Counted from the first letter of the stretch, positions 47,834-57,730 are shown. The stretch: 64,000 nt of DNA from an uncultured bacterium (GCA_963703245.1 OY969803.1:59903-123902), one strand, 5' to 3'. Numbers and translations are program-made. Notes: generated by a model not told the origin, from the sequence alone.

Positions 47834-48922
47834 CTACTTTTTCCCTTTTTTTCTTAAAAAAGCAGGTACTTCCCACTCTTCTTCTTCAGAAGGGGAAGTT
47901 GTTTCCGGTTTTTTTTGTTCTACAACCTGAATCTTTTTAGATCCTTCAAAGATTTTAATATTTTTTGGCGAGCTTTTTTCAAAACCAGTAGCGATAACCG
48001 TAACTTTTAATTCTTTTTTTCTTAATCTTTCGTCCTGAACCGCGCCGAAAATTACTTTTGCGTTTGAATCAACTGCTTCGGTAATGACTCTCGCAGCTTC
48101 ATTAATTTCAGCCAAAGTCATATCTTCTCTCCCCGAAACATTAAATAAAACTCCTTTTGCTCCGTCAATTGAAATATCAAGAAGAGGAGAGTTGATTGCG
48201 GCTCTGGCAGCTTCCACTGCTCGATTCTTTCCTCTCGCTCTACCTACTCCCATCAAAGCAGAACCAGAATTTTCCATAATCGCTCTGATGTCGGAAAAAT
48301 CAATATTAATAATTCCTGGTAAAACAATTAAATCAGAAATTCCCTGAACAGCTTGACGTAAAACCTCATCACAAATCCAAAAAGCATTTAATAATGAAGT
48401 TTTACTATCAATAATTCCTAAAAGTTTGTCATTAGGAATAATCAACAAAGCATCGACATGATCTTTTAATTGGGATAATGATTCTTCTGCAATCTGGGCT
48501 CTCTGGGAACCTTCAAAAGAAAATGGTTTTGTCACAACAGCAATTGTCAAAGCTCCTATTTTTTTCGCTTCTTCTGCAACAATGGGAGAAGCACCACTAC
48601 CAGTTCCGCCGCCCATGCCGCAAGTAATAAAAACCATATCAGCGCCCTGTAAAATTTCGGTAATCTCTGCTCGATTCTCTTCAGCCGCTGCTTTTCCGAG
48701 CTCGGCATTCATTCCAGCTCCTAACCCTCCTGTTACAGTTTTTCCAATTTGAATTTTTTGATTTGCTTTTTTAAAATGAAGATCTTGCGCATCAGTATTT
48801 ATAGCAATCAAATCAACTCCTTGAAGATGACATTTCATCATACGGGAAATCGCGCTGGAACCTGAACCACCAACGCCCACTACTTTAATTTTTGCGAAAA
48901 TTTCATTAGTTGGTTTTACCAT
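47834..48922 (-). CDS. ftsZ: cell division protein FtsZ
   Basis: GVGGSGSSAI and GMGGGTGSGASPIVA (tubulin signature). Confidence 0.97.
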   Translation of the reverse strand: MVKPTNEIFAKIKVVGVGGSGSSAISRMMKCHLQGVDLIAINTDAQDLHFKKANQKIQIGKTVTGGLGAGMNAELGKAAAEENRAEITEILQGADMVFITCGMGGGTGSGASPIVAEEAKKIGALTIAVVTKPFSFEGSQRAQIAEESLSQLKDHVDALLIIPNDKLLGIIDSKTSLLNAFWICDEVLRQAVQGISDLIVLPGIINIDFSDIRAIMENSGSALMGVGRARGKNRAVEAARAAINSPLLDISIDGAKGVLFNVSGREDMTLAEINEAARVITEAVDSNAKVIFGAVQDERLRKKELKVTVIATGFEKSSPKNIKIFEGSKKIQVVEQKKPETTSPSEEEEWEVPAFLRKKGKK

Positions 48923-48923
48923 A

Positions 48924-50135
48924 TTATGGTATAAAATTCTTAAAAATTCTCTTTATATTAGACATTGGACCCTTTTTAAAGAAAGATGAAGGTTTTTCAT
49001 CTGTCGAATCTTGGCCCCATAAGGCAAGACCGGCGCAAACAGCAAAAGAAGGGTCTTCAATCTCAACTGTAAATCCTTCAGGAGAACCTATTCTTGACGG
49101 CAATCTTAATTCCTTTTTAGCAAGTTCTTTAATTTTTGGCAACTTCGCTCCTCCGCCAGTCAGAACAACGCCTGCTGGAAGTAATTGTGCCCTAGCAATA
49201 TTTTTTAATTCTTTATTTACCAAATCAAAGATTTCTGACAATCTCGCCTCAATAATTTCCGCCAATTCTTTTCGCGAAAAAGATAACGGCTCTCCTAAGG
49301 TCTCTGATAAATCAATCATTTCTTTTTTTTCAGCATTCTGAGGCGAAGCAATTCCAAATTCTAATTTTATTCTTTCAGCTGTATCAATATCAGTTTTTAA
49401 ACCAATAGCAATATCATTTGTAATATGAGAAGAGCCAATCGGCAGTATCGCCAAGTGTAATAAGTCTCCTTCTTCAAAAACAGCCAAGCTCGTAGTCCCT
49501 GACCCAATATCAATTACTATCACTCCTAATTCTTTTTGTCGCGGAGTTAAAACTGCCCGAGCGGAAGCCAAAGGAGATAAAACTAAATCTTCAATTTCAA
49601 CATCGGCTCCCAAAATCGCCTGAGTCAAGTTTTGAATATAGGGAGTGAAACCACCTAGAATTAAAGTTTGAACTTCTAATCTTATTCCTTTCATCCCCAC
49701 AATATTTTTTATCCCTCCTTCGCCATCGATAATAAATTCTTTTGGCAAAATATGTAAAATTTCTTTATTTGGAGGCAAAGAAAAAGCTTGAGCGGCCACC
49801 ATTGCTCTATCAATATCTTCTTGAGAAATTGTCTGGTCAGCTCGTGAAACTGCTACTACTCCTTGGCTCGGAGCAATAAAAATATGACTACCACCAAGGG
49901 CGCAATAAGCTTCTTTGATTTTTTGGTGAGATAATTTTTGGGCTTCGCCGATTGTTTCTCTTATCCCTTTGGAAACTTCTTCAACATCAAAAACTACCCC
50001 TTTGCGAATTCCTGAGGAAGGCCAGGCCAATTGTGTAATAATTTCTAATTTTTTCTGGTCGGGTTTTTTAAAGGCTACTATTGCCTTAATTTGGCTAGTG
50101 CCTATATCCAAACCAGTGATAATAGAGCCTTTCAT
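48924..50135 (-). CDS. ftsA: cell division protein FtsA
   Basis: Actin-fold motifs GLDIGTSQIKA, VIDIGSGTTSLAVF and GVVLTGGGAKL. Immediately upstream of ftsZ. Confidence 0.9.
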   Translation of the reverse strand: MKGSIITGLDIGTSQIKAIVAFKKPDQKKLEIITQLAWPSSGIRKGVVFDVEEVSKGIRETIGEAQKLSHQKIKEAYCALGGSHIFIAPSQGVVAVSRADQTISQEDIDRAMVAAQAFSLPPNKEILHILPKEFIIDGEGGIKNIVGMKGIRLEVQTLILGGFTPYIQNLTQAILGADVEIEDLVLSPLASARAVLTPRQKELGVIVIDIGSGTTSLAVFEEGDLLHLAILPIGSSHITNDIAIGLKTDIDTAERIKLEFGIASPQNAEKKEMIDLSETLGEPLSFSRKELAEIIEARLSEIFDLVNKELKNIARAQLLPAGVVLTGGGAKLPKIKELAKKELRLPSRIGSPEGFTVEIEDPSFAVCAGLALWGQDSTDEKPSSFFKKGPMSNIKRIFKNFIP

Positions 50136-50557
50136 TTTATTATTTTTTTAAGATAATAATTCTGCTTTTCTTCCATTATTTTAACATCTTTTCCGCCCTT
50201 TTCGTGATCATATCCTAATATATGTAAGATGCCGTGGATTAAAACTCGCACTAATTCTTTTTTAAAGGTTGAATGAAATTTTTTCGCATTTTCCTTAACC
50301 ACTTCGGGGCAAATAATTATTTCATTTATGTCTTCAAAAGATAAAACATCTGTTGGTCGGTTTTTCTTTCTGTATTTTTGGTTCAAATTTTTTATTCTCG
50401 CCGCACAAACTAATGCAATTGATAAATCTAATTCTTTTTTTTCTTTGCCCTCCGAAACCTTGGCGAAGGAGAGTCTTTCTTTTAAAACTTTTTGGGTAAT
50501 CTCTTTTAAAAATTTTTTATTAATCCGAACAGTAGTTAAATTATTAATTTCAATCAT
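50132..50557 (-). CDS. ybeY: rRNA maturation endoribonuclease YbeY
   Basis: HGILHILGYDH zinc motif. 4-nt overlap with the ftsA start. Confidence 0.85.
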   Translation of the reverse strand: MIEINNLTTVRINKKFLKEITQKVLKERLSFAKVSEGKEKKELDLSIALVCAARIKNLNQKYRKKNRPTDVLSFEDINEIIICPEVVKENAKKFHSTFKKELVRVLIHGILHILGYDHEKGGKDVKIMEEKQNYYLKKIIK

Positions 50558-50564
50558 AATCTTA

Positions 50565-51062
50565 TCAGTTTTTTGGAGTTAGCAAATCTTTTACAATTTT
50601 ACTTACTAAACCGCCTTCGGCCTTACCCTTAATTTTCGGCATTAACTCTCCCAATACTTTCCCCATGTCTTTAATTTCTTTAGCTCCGGTTTTTTCAACA
50701 GCCTCTTTGGCTAATTCTTTAATTTTCCCCTCAGATAACTGTTCGGGTAAATATCTTAATAAAATCTCTAATTCTTGTTTTTCTTTTCCAGCTAAATCTT
50801 CCCTTTTTCCCTTTTCGAACTCTATAATCGCTTCTTTTCTTTTTTTAACTTCAGAAGAAATCACATCAATAATCTCCTCGTCAGAAAGCTTTGATAATTC
50901 TTCTAATTTTTCTACAGGTTCTGATTTTGAAAATTTAGTCCTTTTTTCAATCTCTTTATTGTGTAGGGCAGCATTTAAAAGTCGTAAAACCGAAATCAAA
51001 CCCTCTTCAGATTTTTTAAGAGCTTCTTTTAAATCTTGTTGAATTTTTTCTTTTAATGGCAT
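50565..51062 (-). CDS. GatB/YqeY-domain protein
   Basis: LKEALKKSEEGLISVLRLLNAALHNKEIE and a C-terminal GKVLGELMPKIKGKAEGGLVSKIVKDLL pattern. Confidence 0.8.
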   Translation of the reverse strand: MPLKEKIQQDLKEALKKSEEGLISVLRLLNAALHNKEIEKRTKFSKSEPVEKLEELSKLSDEEIIDVISSEVKKRKEAIIEFEKGKREDLAGKEKQELEILLRYLPEQLSEGKIKELAKEAVEKTGAKEIKDMGKVLGELMPKIKGKAEGGLVSKIVKDLLTPKN

Positions 51063-51283
51063 TACTTTTCTGATTTACCCATTTTTTTTAGTTTCTCGTA
51101 TTTTTTTTTAATTTCTTCCTTTCTTAAAGCTGCTTTTTTCTTAGCCCCCTCGCTGATTTTTGAACTATAAAATCTATTCTTTCTCGCCCTAACCAAAATC
51201 CCGCTTTTCTGGACCCTTTGGGTAAAGCGACGAATCAAACTTTGAGCTGTTTCTTTATCTTTTTTTCTTGCTTCTAAAGCCAT
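51062..51283 (-). CDS. rpsU: 30S ribosomal protein S21
   Basis: MALEARKKDKETAQSLIRRFTQRVQKSGILVRARKNRFY matches the bS21 pattern. Start taken at the internal Met (51283). Its stop overlaps the yqeY-like start (TAATG). Confidence 0.8.
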   Translation of the reverse strand: MALEARKKDKETAQSLIRRFTQRVQKSGILVRARKNRFYSSKISEGAKKKAALRKEEIKKKYEKLKKMGKSEK

Positions 51284-51290
51284 ATTAAAA

Positions 51291-51626
51291 TTACGGCCAG
51301 CGGGATAATTCCCCACTTACCAAATGAAGATGTAAATGAGGAATCAATTGGCCGCCTTTTTCGCCTACATTAAATAATAATTTATAGCCAGAATCGACTT
51401 TTAAATCTTTGGCAATTTTTTTCGCGATTAAAAAAATATTTCCTATCATTTCTTTATCTTCCTCGCTGATATCGTTAATGGAACCGATGTGTTTTTTGGG
51501 CACAATTAAAAGATGGACTGTAGAAGCTGGATTAATATCTTTAAAACAAACTACTGTATCGTCTTCATAAATAATATCGGCGGGCATTTCTTTTTTCGCA
51601 ATTTTACAAAAAATACAATTTTCCAT
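51291..51626 (-). CDS. HIT-family (histidine triad) nucleotide hydrolase
   Basis: CIFCKI and HLHLHLV histidine-triad motifs. Confidence 0.85.
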   Translation of the reverse strand: MENCIFCKIAKKEMPADIIYEDDTVVCFKDINPASTVHLLIVPKKHIGSINDISEEDKEMIGNIFLIAKKIAKDLKVDSGYKLLFNVGEKGGQLIPHLHLHLVSGELSRWP

Positions 51627-51635
51627 TTTTTATAA

Positions 51636-52970
51636 TTACTTTTTTAATTTTCTTTTCATCTCTTTTATCACCTTATCTAATTTTATTGTCTCCTGTTTGC
51701 CAGTTGTCATTTCTCTAACAATAATTGTTCCATTTAGTGCTTCTTGTTGTCCTAAAATCAAAGAATATTTAACCCCCAACCTGTCAGCGCTTCTTAGTTG
51801 GGCTTTTAAAGAATCTCTACCAAAAGATTCTGCCACAGAAATTCCAGCTTCTCTAAATTCTTCAAAAAGCTTCAATCCCTTTCTTTTTGCTAAAGGACCT
51901 AATTGCGATAAAAATATTTTTGGCTGCGGTGAAGAAGTTCGGAATTTAATTTGCGAATTCTTTAACAATTCAATGATTCTCTCAATTCCTCCTGCTCCGC
52001 CGCAAGCTGGTGTTTCTTTCCCTCCTAAAATTTTTACCAAATTATCATAACGACCACCTCCCACCAAAGCGATTCTCGGCAAAGTTTCTTCTAAGGATAT
52101 TTCTTCTTTTTTTGTTTTTTTTCTTTCTCCTTCTAAAAAAATTTCGAAAACAGTTTTGGTATAATAATCTAACCCCCGAACCAAATAAGGATTTAAATGA
52201 TAGGGTAATTCTAATTCATCTAAAAATTCTAAAACTTCTTTAAAATGATTGTGGCATTCTTCGCATAAATGATCAATTATTTGGGGAGCTTGGGATTTTA
52301 CCGGTTGACATTTTTCTTCTTTACAATCCAAAATTCTTAAAGGATTTTCTTTTAATCTTCTCCGGCAGTCCGAACATAAAGAAACTTCCCGAGATTTAAA
52401 ATAACTAACCAACATTTTTTTATAATAAGCCCTGCAGGAAGGACAACCAATGGAGTTTACTTCAACAATTAGGTTCTTAAATTTAAGCTCCTTTAGAATG
52501 TTGTAGAAAATCTGAATTGTTTGGGCGTCAATTACTGGGTTCTCCTCACCAAGGATTTCAAATCCGAATTGCCAAAACTGACGGTACCTGCCAGCCTGAG
52601 AATGTTCATAACGAAAATAAGGACCGAAGTGCCAGAGCTTCACAGGCTGTGGTAAATTTATCATGCCGTGTTGGATATAAGCACGAGCTATTGATGCGGT
52701 TTCTTCTGGTCTAAGAGACATGCGATCTCCTCCCTTGGTCCTGAAGTTATACATTTGTTTTTCAATAACATCAGTTGTTAGGCCCACCCCTTTTTCAAAA
52801 AGTTCAGTATTCTCAATAATTGGAGTTTCAATTCGGGAAAAACCATAAAAATTAGCGGTCTCTTCAACCACTTTTTGAATTCTTTGAAAATAGTCCCAGT
52901 CTTCTGGTAAAATATCGTGCATTCCTTGTGGCGTCTGAAATATTTTTTTGGGTCTGCCAATTTGGTTCAT
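51636..52970 (-). CDS. hisS: histidine--tRNA ligase
   Basis: Class II motifs (LRPEETASIARAY, FRYEHSQAGRYRQFWQFG, GGGRYDNL) and a C-terminal anticodon-binding domain. Confidence 0.95.
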   Translation of the reverse strand: MNQIGRPKKIFQTPQGMHDILPEDWDYFQRIQKVVEETANFYGFSRIETPIIENTELFEKGVGLTTDVIEKQMYNFRTKGGDRMSLRPEETASIARAYIQHGMINLPQPVKLWHFGPYFRYEHSQAGRYRQFWQFGFEILGEENPVIDAQTIQIFYNILKELKFKNLIVEVNSIGCPSCRAYYKKMLVSYFKSREVSLCSDCRRRLKENPLRILDCKEEKCQPVKSQAPQIIDHLCEECHNHFKEVLEFLDELELPYHLNPYLVRGLDYYTKTVFEIFLEGERKKTKKEEISLEETLPRIALVGGGRYDNLVKILGGKETPACGGAGGIERIIELLKNSQIKFRTSSPQPKIFLSQLGPLAKRKGLKLFEEFREAGISVAESFGRDSLKAQLRSADRLGVKYSLILGQQEALNGTIIVREMTTGKQETIKLDKVIKEMKRKLKK

Positions 52971-52976
52971 CTTTTT

Positions 52977-53510
52977 TTAGTAGGCTGGCGCTTCAAATTT
53001 AGTTAAAGTAGCAAATGGCCAAGTCCTAAGATAAACGCGACCGACAATATTTTCTCTCGGCAATGTCCCCCAACGCCTCGAATCAGAAGAAGCTAATCTA
53101 TTGTCGCCCAGCACAAAATATTCTTTATCTCCTAAAACAAATTTTACCAAACCAGGGGTGGGCGTATCGGTGGACAAATAACTGGATTCGTCTAAAACTT
53201 CGTTCCCAATAAAAACTTTATTGTCTTTAACCTCTACTGTCTCTCCTGGCAAGCCGATTATTCTTTTAATGTAGCGCTGGGAGGGATCATGAGGATATTT
53301 GAAAACAATAACTTCTCCTCTTTCGGGATTTCTAAATCTATAAGACAGTTCATCAATAATTAAATACTGGCCGTCGTCAAAATTCGGCTCCATCGAAGCT
53401 CCTTTTACAAAAAAGGGCTGAAATAAAAAATACCTAATAGGAAGAACTATCGCCAAGGCAATAATTACTATCTTAAATGTTTCCCAAAGAAAAGAGAGGA
53501 AGTTTTTCAT
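52977..53510 (-). CDS. lepB: signal peptidase I
   Basis: GASMEPNF (catalytic Ser), IKRIIGLPGE (Lys box) and GDNRLASSDSR. Confidence 0.9.
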   Translation of the reverse strand: MKNFLSFLWETFKIVIIALAIVLPIRYFLFQPFFVKGASMEPNFDDGQYLIIDELSYRFRNPERGEVIVFKYPHDPSQRYIKRIIGLPGETVEVKDNKVFIGNEVLDESSYLSTDTPTPGLVKFVLGDKEYFVLGDNRLASSDSRRWGTLPRENIVGRVYLRTWPFATLTKFEAPAY

Positions 53511-53563
53511 GCTTTTCTTATTATACTATTTTTTATTTTAAAAGCAAATGTTAGAATGGAATA

Positions 53564-54169
53564 ATGATTTTAATTGTAGGTTTAGGAAACCCTGGCAAAA
53601 AATACGAAAAAACTTGGCACAATCTTGGTTTTACGGCATTGAATAATCTGCAATCAAAAATTGAGAGTTTTTTGAATTGGAGAAAAGAAAATAAATTCAT
53701 GTCAGAAATAAGCGAAGGTAAAATTGCTGATGAAAAGATAATTTTAGCAAAGCCTCTTACATATATGAATAATTCTGGACGGACCGTAAAGTCCTTAACC
53801 AAATATTATAACGCTTTAAGCGATATATCGAGCGAAGCTCATTATAAACTAAAAACTTCGAACTTATTTGTGGTTCACGATGATATTGATTTGTCTTTTG
53901 GTAAAATAAAAATAGTAAAAGGCCGCGAAGCGGCCGGACACAAAGGTGTTGAATCAATAATTGAAAATTTGGGAACGAAAGACTTTGTCAGATTCAGGAT
54001 TGGTATCCAACCACAAAAAGGAAAACCGAAAAATGTAGAAAAATTTGTTCTTCAAAAATTTAATAAGGAAGAAGAAAAGATTGTCAAAGAAGTTATTGAA
54101 AAAACAGTTCAAGCGGTTGAAATTGTGATAAAAGAAGGGGTAGAAAAAGCGATGACGAAATATAATTAG
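53564..54169 (+). CDS. pth: peptidyl-tRNA hydrolase
   Basis: ILIVGLGNPGKKYEKTWHNLGF and HDDIDLSFGKIKI. Confidence 0.95.
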   Translation: MILIVGLGNPGKKYEKTWHNLGFTALNNLQSKIESFLNWRKENKFMSEISEGKIADEKIILAKPLTYMNNSGRTVKSLTKYYNALSDISSEAHYKLKTSNLFVVHDDIDLSFGKIKIVKGREAAGHKGVESIIENLGTKDFVRFRIGIQPQKGKPKNVEKFVLQKFNKEEEKIVKEVIEKTVQAVEIVIKEGVEKAMTKYN

Positions 54170-54192
54170 TGGATAGTAATTAAAATAAAAAA

Positions 54193-54224
54193 CTGAGGAA
54201 ACGACTTTAAAATCGTAACCTCAG
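54193..54224. terminator. bidirectional terminator between pth (+) and the small minus-strand ORF
   Basis: CTGAGG...CCTCAG enclosing ACGA-CTTTAAAA-TCGT. On the minus strand it is followed by TTTTTTATTTT. Confidence 0.55.
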
Positions 54225-54245
54225 CTTTAACGCGGCAGAAATCTC

Positions 54246-54401
54246 TTAACTTTTCTGAGCTATTGGTCTTATTGGTTCCCCTTGTCTTTTGTGCTCTTCA
54301 GCTTCTTTTTTCTTTCTGCAATTTTTACAATTACATTGAGACTCTTGGCAAACGCTCATTGGAGCATCGCAGTAATACCATAAAAATCTATTATCAAACA
54401 C
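54246..54401 (-). CDS. candidate 51-aa Cys-rich small protein (GTG start)
   Basis: Minus strand AAAAGGAGAAATAGAG-GTG. Translation (M)FDNRFLWYYCDAPMSVCQESQCNCKNCRKKKEAEEHKRQGEPIRPIAQKS*. Below the ORF-track cut-off and followed by the terminator at 54193-54224. Confidence 0.35.
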   Translation of the reverse strand: MFDNRFLWYYCDAPMSVCQESQCNCKNCRKKKEAEEHKRQGEPIRPIAQKS

Positions 54402-54452
54402 CTCTATTTCTCCTTTTTATTTATAAATAGTAAGAGCAAAAAATTTCTGCCC

Positions 54453-54603
54453 TTCAGTCTATCTGTAAGCGCTATGGAATTATCCCGAAAACGGGTAAAC
54501 CATAAACTTCGGCTCCCAGGCTTTAAGGAGGGATTGCCTGAATTTTTACCATTCACTTTTGTAAAACAAAGGCGAAAGGTAAGCCACTTACAGATAGACT
54601 GAA
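54453..54603 (-). ncRNA. 151-nt structured element closed by a perfect 17-bp stem (candidate riboswitch-like leader or sRNA; class unassigned)
   Basis: TTCAGTCTATCTGTAAG (54453-54469) is the exact reverse complement of CTTACAGATAGACTGAA (54587-54603). Internal helices: TATGG/CCATA around CCCG-AAAA-CGGG, and CAGGC/GCCTG. Lies between a TATAAT-type -10 and the SD of the small ORF on the minus strand. Confidence 0.35.
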
Positions 54604-54612
54604 AAGCAAAAT

Positions 54613-54641
54613 TTGAATGAACCTTCACAATAGTGTATTAT
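54613..54641 (+). promoter_or_regulatory. sigma-70-like promoter TTGAAT-17-TATTAT upstream of mfd
   Basis: TTGAAT at 54613-54618 and TATTAT at 54636-54641. The candidate mfd ATG is at 54659. Confidence 0.35.
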
Positions 54642-54658
54642 AGTATATTTTAATAAAA

Positions 54659-56590
54659 ATGTCAAGTCTTGATAAGATTTTAATTGTTGCTATCACCCCC
54701 TACTTTTTGGAAAAGGGGAATTTTTGGTTTAAAGAAAATATAAAACAAATTCTTGAAATCAGAAAAACCCAATCTTTTTTGAGGACAATCTTTTATTTTT
54801 AGAAAGAGATAAGGCAATAAATTTCTCTGAATTTTTAAGAAAGTTGGATGAAATGGGTTATGAAAGGGTTTGGCAAGTTTCTGAACCCGGTGAATTTCGC
54901 CAACGAGGAGGAATTGTTGATGTTTTTCCAGTTAATTTAGATTATGCTATTCGTTTTGAATTTTTGGGAAACAAAATTGAAAATATAGAAAAATTGCCGG
55001 TTGAAATTAGTGATGAAAAAGCCGCAAAAGAGATTTTAAAAAAGAAATTAAAATCCCAAAAATTATTTTCCGATTTAAAAGGATTGAAATCCGGGGATTA
55101 TTTAGTTCATCTTGACCACGGAATATGTATTTACAACCAGCAAATAAAAATTGGGTGTCAACAATATTATCAACTTGAATATGCGTACGGCGATAAGCTA
55201 TACGTCCCTTTTGGGTTGGAAAGAAAATTTTCTCGTTATATTGGTTTTTCTGAACCAAAAATTTCCCGACTTGGCTCTTTTTTATGGCAAAAAACAAAAA
55301 AGAAGATAAAAGAAGATGTAGAAAAATTTGCCAGAGAACTTTTAGAAACTTATGCTAAAAGGGAAATTGCTATTCGGCCGCCCTATATACCGGATGAAGA
55401 AATCCAAAAACATATAGTCGGAACTTTTAAATACGAAGAAACTCCAGATCAATCACAAGCGATTGAAGATATTAAAAAAGATATGGAAAAAGAAGAACCT
55501 ATGGACAGAATAATTTGCGGTGATGTTGGTTTTGGAAAAACCGAAGTGGCTTTAAGAGCAATGATAAAAGCTGTAATTTCCGGCAGACAGGTAGCAATGA
55601 TAAGCCCTACAACAATTTTGGCTAATCAGCACTTCCAAAATTTTAAAGAAAGACTAAAAAATCTGCCAATAAAAATTGCCATCTTATCACGACTACAATC
55701 TAAAAAAGACCAAAAAGAAATAATTGAGGGGTTAAAAACGGGAAAAATTGATATTGTTATCGGCACTCACCGGCTTTTGTCAAAAGATATTCAATTTCAA
55801 AACTTAGGACTTTTAGTTATTGATGATGAACAAAGATTTGGTGTAAAACAAAAAGAAAAATTTAAACAGTTTAGGTCTTCTTTAGATGTGTTATCTCTTT
55901 CCGCTACTCCTATCCCTCGCACTTTATATATGGCTTTATCTTCTCTGAAAGAAATTAGCTTGATTCAAACTCCTCCTCTCGGAAGATTATCAATAAAAAC
56001 TTTTGTACTCCCATTTTCAGAAAAAATAATTAAAGAAGCTGTTGAAACAGAGGTTTCTCGCGGTGGCCAAGTTTATTATTTGCATAATCGGGTGGAAACA
56101 ATTGAAAAAACAAAAGAATTTTTAGAAAATTTAGTATCCAAAGTAAAATTTGGAATAGCTCACGGAAAGATTAAAGGAGAAAGAATTGGTAAAGGTAATG
56201 GAAGATTTCCAAAATAAAAAAATTGATGTTTTAATCGCAACTACAATTATTGAAAATGGATTGGATTTGCCGAATGTTAATACTTTGATTGTGGCTGATA
56301 GCACCCGCTTAGGGCTTATCACAGGCATATCAAATTAGAGGCAGAATCGGCCGTTCTTATATTCAGGCTTTTGCTTATTTTCTCTATCCGCAAAAGTTAT
56401 CACCATTAGCGAAATAAAGATTAAAAGCTTTAAAGGAAGCTGAAGAATTGGGTTCTGGATATAAAATCGCTCTAAAAGATTTGGAAATTCGAGGAGCCGG
56501 CAACATTTTAGGCAAAGAACAATCAGGAAATATAAACCGGTTGGATTCAATCTATATTGTCAGATACTAAGCGAAACAATCTCGAAATGA
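54659..56590 (+). pseudogene. mfd: transcription-repair coupling factor Mfd (short form), decayed by several frameshifts and an in-frame TAA
   Basis: The central 457-aa ORF (54844..56217) has SGDYLVHLDHGICIY, GDVGFGKTEVALRA, LLVIDDEQRFGV and LSATPIPRTL. Downstream pieces continue in other frames: ELVKVMEDFQNKKIDVLIATTIIENGLDLPNVNTLIVADSTRLGL, LSQAYQIRGRIGRSYIQAFAYFLYPQKLSPLAK-TAA(56415-56417)[37 protein letters not shown], [16 protein letters not shown]. The N-terminal 60 codons from ATG 54659 are also out of frame. Confidence 0.8.
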
Positions 56591-56650
56591 ATAAAGAACC
56601 TCTCCTGCGACGAGAACCTTGTTTTCTCACTAGGTTTGAAAATAAAAAAA

Positions 56651-56682
56651 AGAGTCTCGCTATTTTTTGTGAGTGAGACTCT
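56651..56682. terminator. bidirectional terminator between mfd (+) and 56706..57521 (-)
   Basis: AGAGTCTCGCT-(10 nt)-AGTGAGACTCT with an A-run before and a T-run after. Confidence 0.6.
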
Positions 56683-56705
56683 TTGTTTATCAAACTATTA
56701 TAGGT

Positions 56706-57521
56706 TCAATTGTGTTTTTGAGTTTTAACTTTCTTCACTATAATTTCAAAGTGATCATCTGGATTAAAACTTTTCCTTTTTCCATCTGCACCCCGACCAT
56801 AGAGATGTTGGAGAGCGGGTAATTTAAATTCTAACTGTATACCTTTTCTCATCCCTAGCGTGTTTAGGGCTTGCCCAAAGCATGCTTCAAGTATTTGAAC
56901 ATAGTAAACTATTGCACGTGCCCGGTCTTCAAGTTTTTTAACACGCTGCTCTAGATTAGTATTATTTGATTGCCGTGTTTCACCCAGGGACTTTTCTATA
57001 ACCCTGGTTCTTTTTTCTAATTCCGCAATATTCTTTTCTAAGGGTTCAACTTTTTTGCTATTTTTAAGTAATAGGCGCAGATATTTAGAAACCGAAAGAA
57101 TTATATCAGGAAATTTTTCAACTTCTTTAAATTTACTATCCTCAATGGAGGTTGCTGTAGGTTTAGTCTTATGGTGAATTCTTTTGCCCCATGTAAAACC
57201 CATCTCTCTTAGTTTTACAGAACCGACGTGGTATTTTTGTTTTACAAAACCAACACCGTAATTATCTATATCGGCTTGAACCTCTGTTTTTTTGGTTTCG
57301 ATGTCGGACCGTTTGATTTTGGCTATAGGTTTTTTCCCGATTCCTTTAGAAACAATATTAAGTCGTTGCAACCGCCGGAAATCCACGCCGACTTCTTTTT
57401 CAATCCATCTTCGGGATTTTCCTTCTTTTAACCACCTTCTTATTTTAGGACCAGACTCAATAAGTTCTGAATTACTCTTTGGCAAACGTTTGGACTTAAG
57501 CTTTTTATCTTTTTTTACCAT
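56706..57521 (-). CDS. orphan 271-aa basic protein with an N-terminal HTH-like segment and central coiled coil
   Basis: IRRWLKEGKSRRWIEKEVGVDFRRLQRL resembles small Hin/terminase-type HTH segments. Coiled coil LEKNIAELEKRTRVIEKSLGE...RVKKLEDRARAI. No catalytic motif recognised. Confidence 0.55.
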   Translation of the reverse strand: MVKKDKKLKSKRLPKSNSELIESGPKIRRWLKEGKSRRWIEKEVGVDFRRLQRLNIVSKGIGKKPIAKIKRSDIETKKTEVQADIDNYGVGFVKQKYHVGSVKLREMGFTWGKRIHHKTKPTATSIEDSKFKEVEKFPDIILSVSKYLRLLLKNSKKVEPLEKNIAELEKRTRVIEKSLGETRQSNNTNLEQRVKKLEDRARAIVYYVQILEACFGQALNTLGMRKGIQLEFKLPALQHLYGRGADGKRKSFNPDDHFEIIVKKVKTQKHN

Positions 57522-57730
57522 GATTCCTCCTTGTTTTTTATTTTTCTTTCAGAATATTAAAATTTGAGGTGCAAATCCTCTTTTTTATATAAGATGTAAT
57601 TGTCTAATGTACAAATATTTTATATTTTAAAATACAATATTCAGTCAAAAAAGTCAAATCTTTTTATTTTTAAAAAGTATTTTTATAAAAAATTTTTGAT
57701 ATATCAAAATAGATTTGATATAGTTGAATA

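Noticed and set aside
21754-56590. An alternative genetic code (UGA as sense, as in some candidate phyla) as the explanation for the interrupted genes.
   Set aside because: Reading through the stops does not continue the expected protein, whereas frame shifts do. One break in mfd is a TAA. Many conserved genes terminate normally at TGA, TAA or TAG with full-length products under the standard code.
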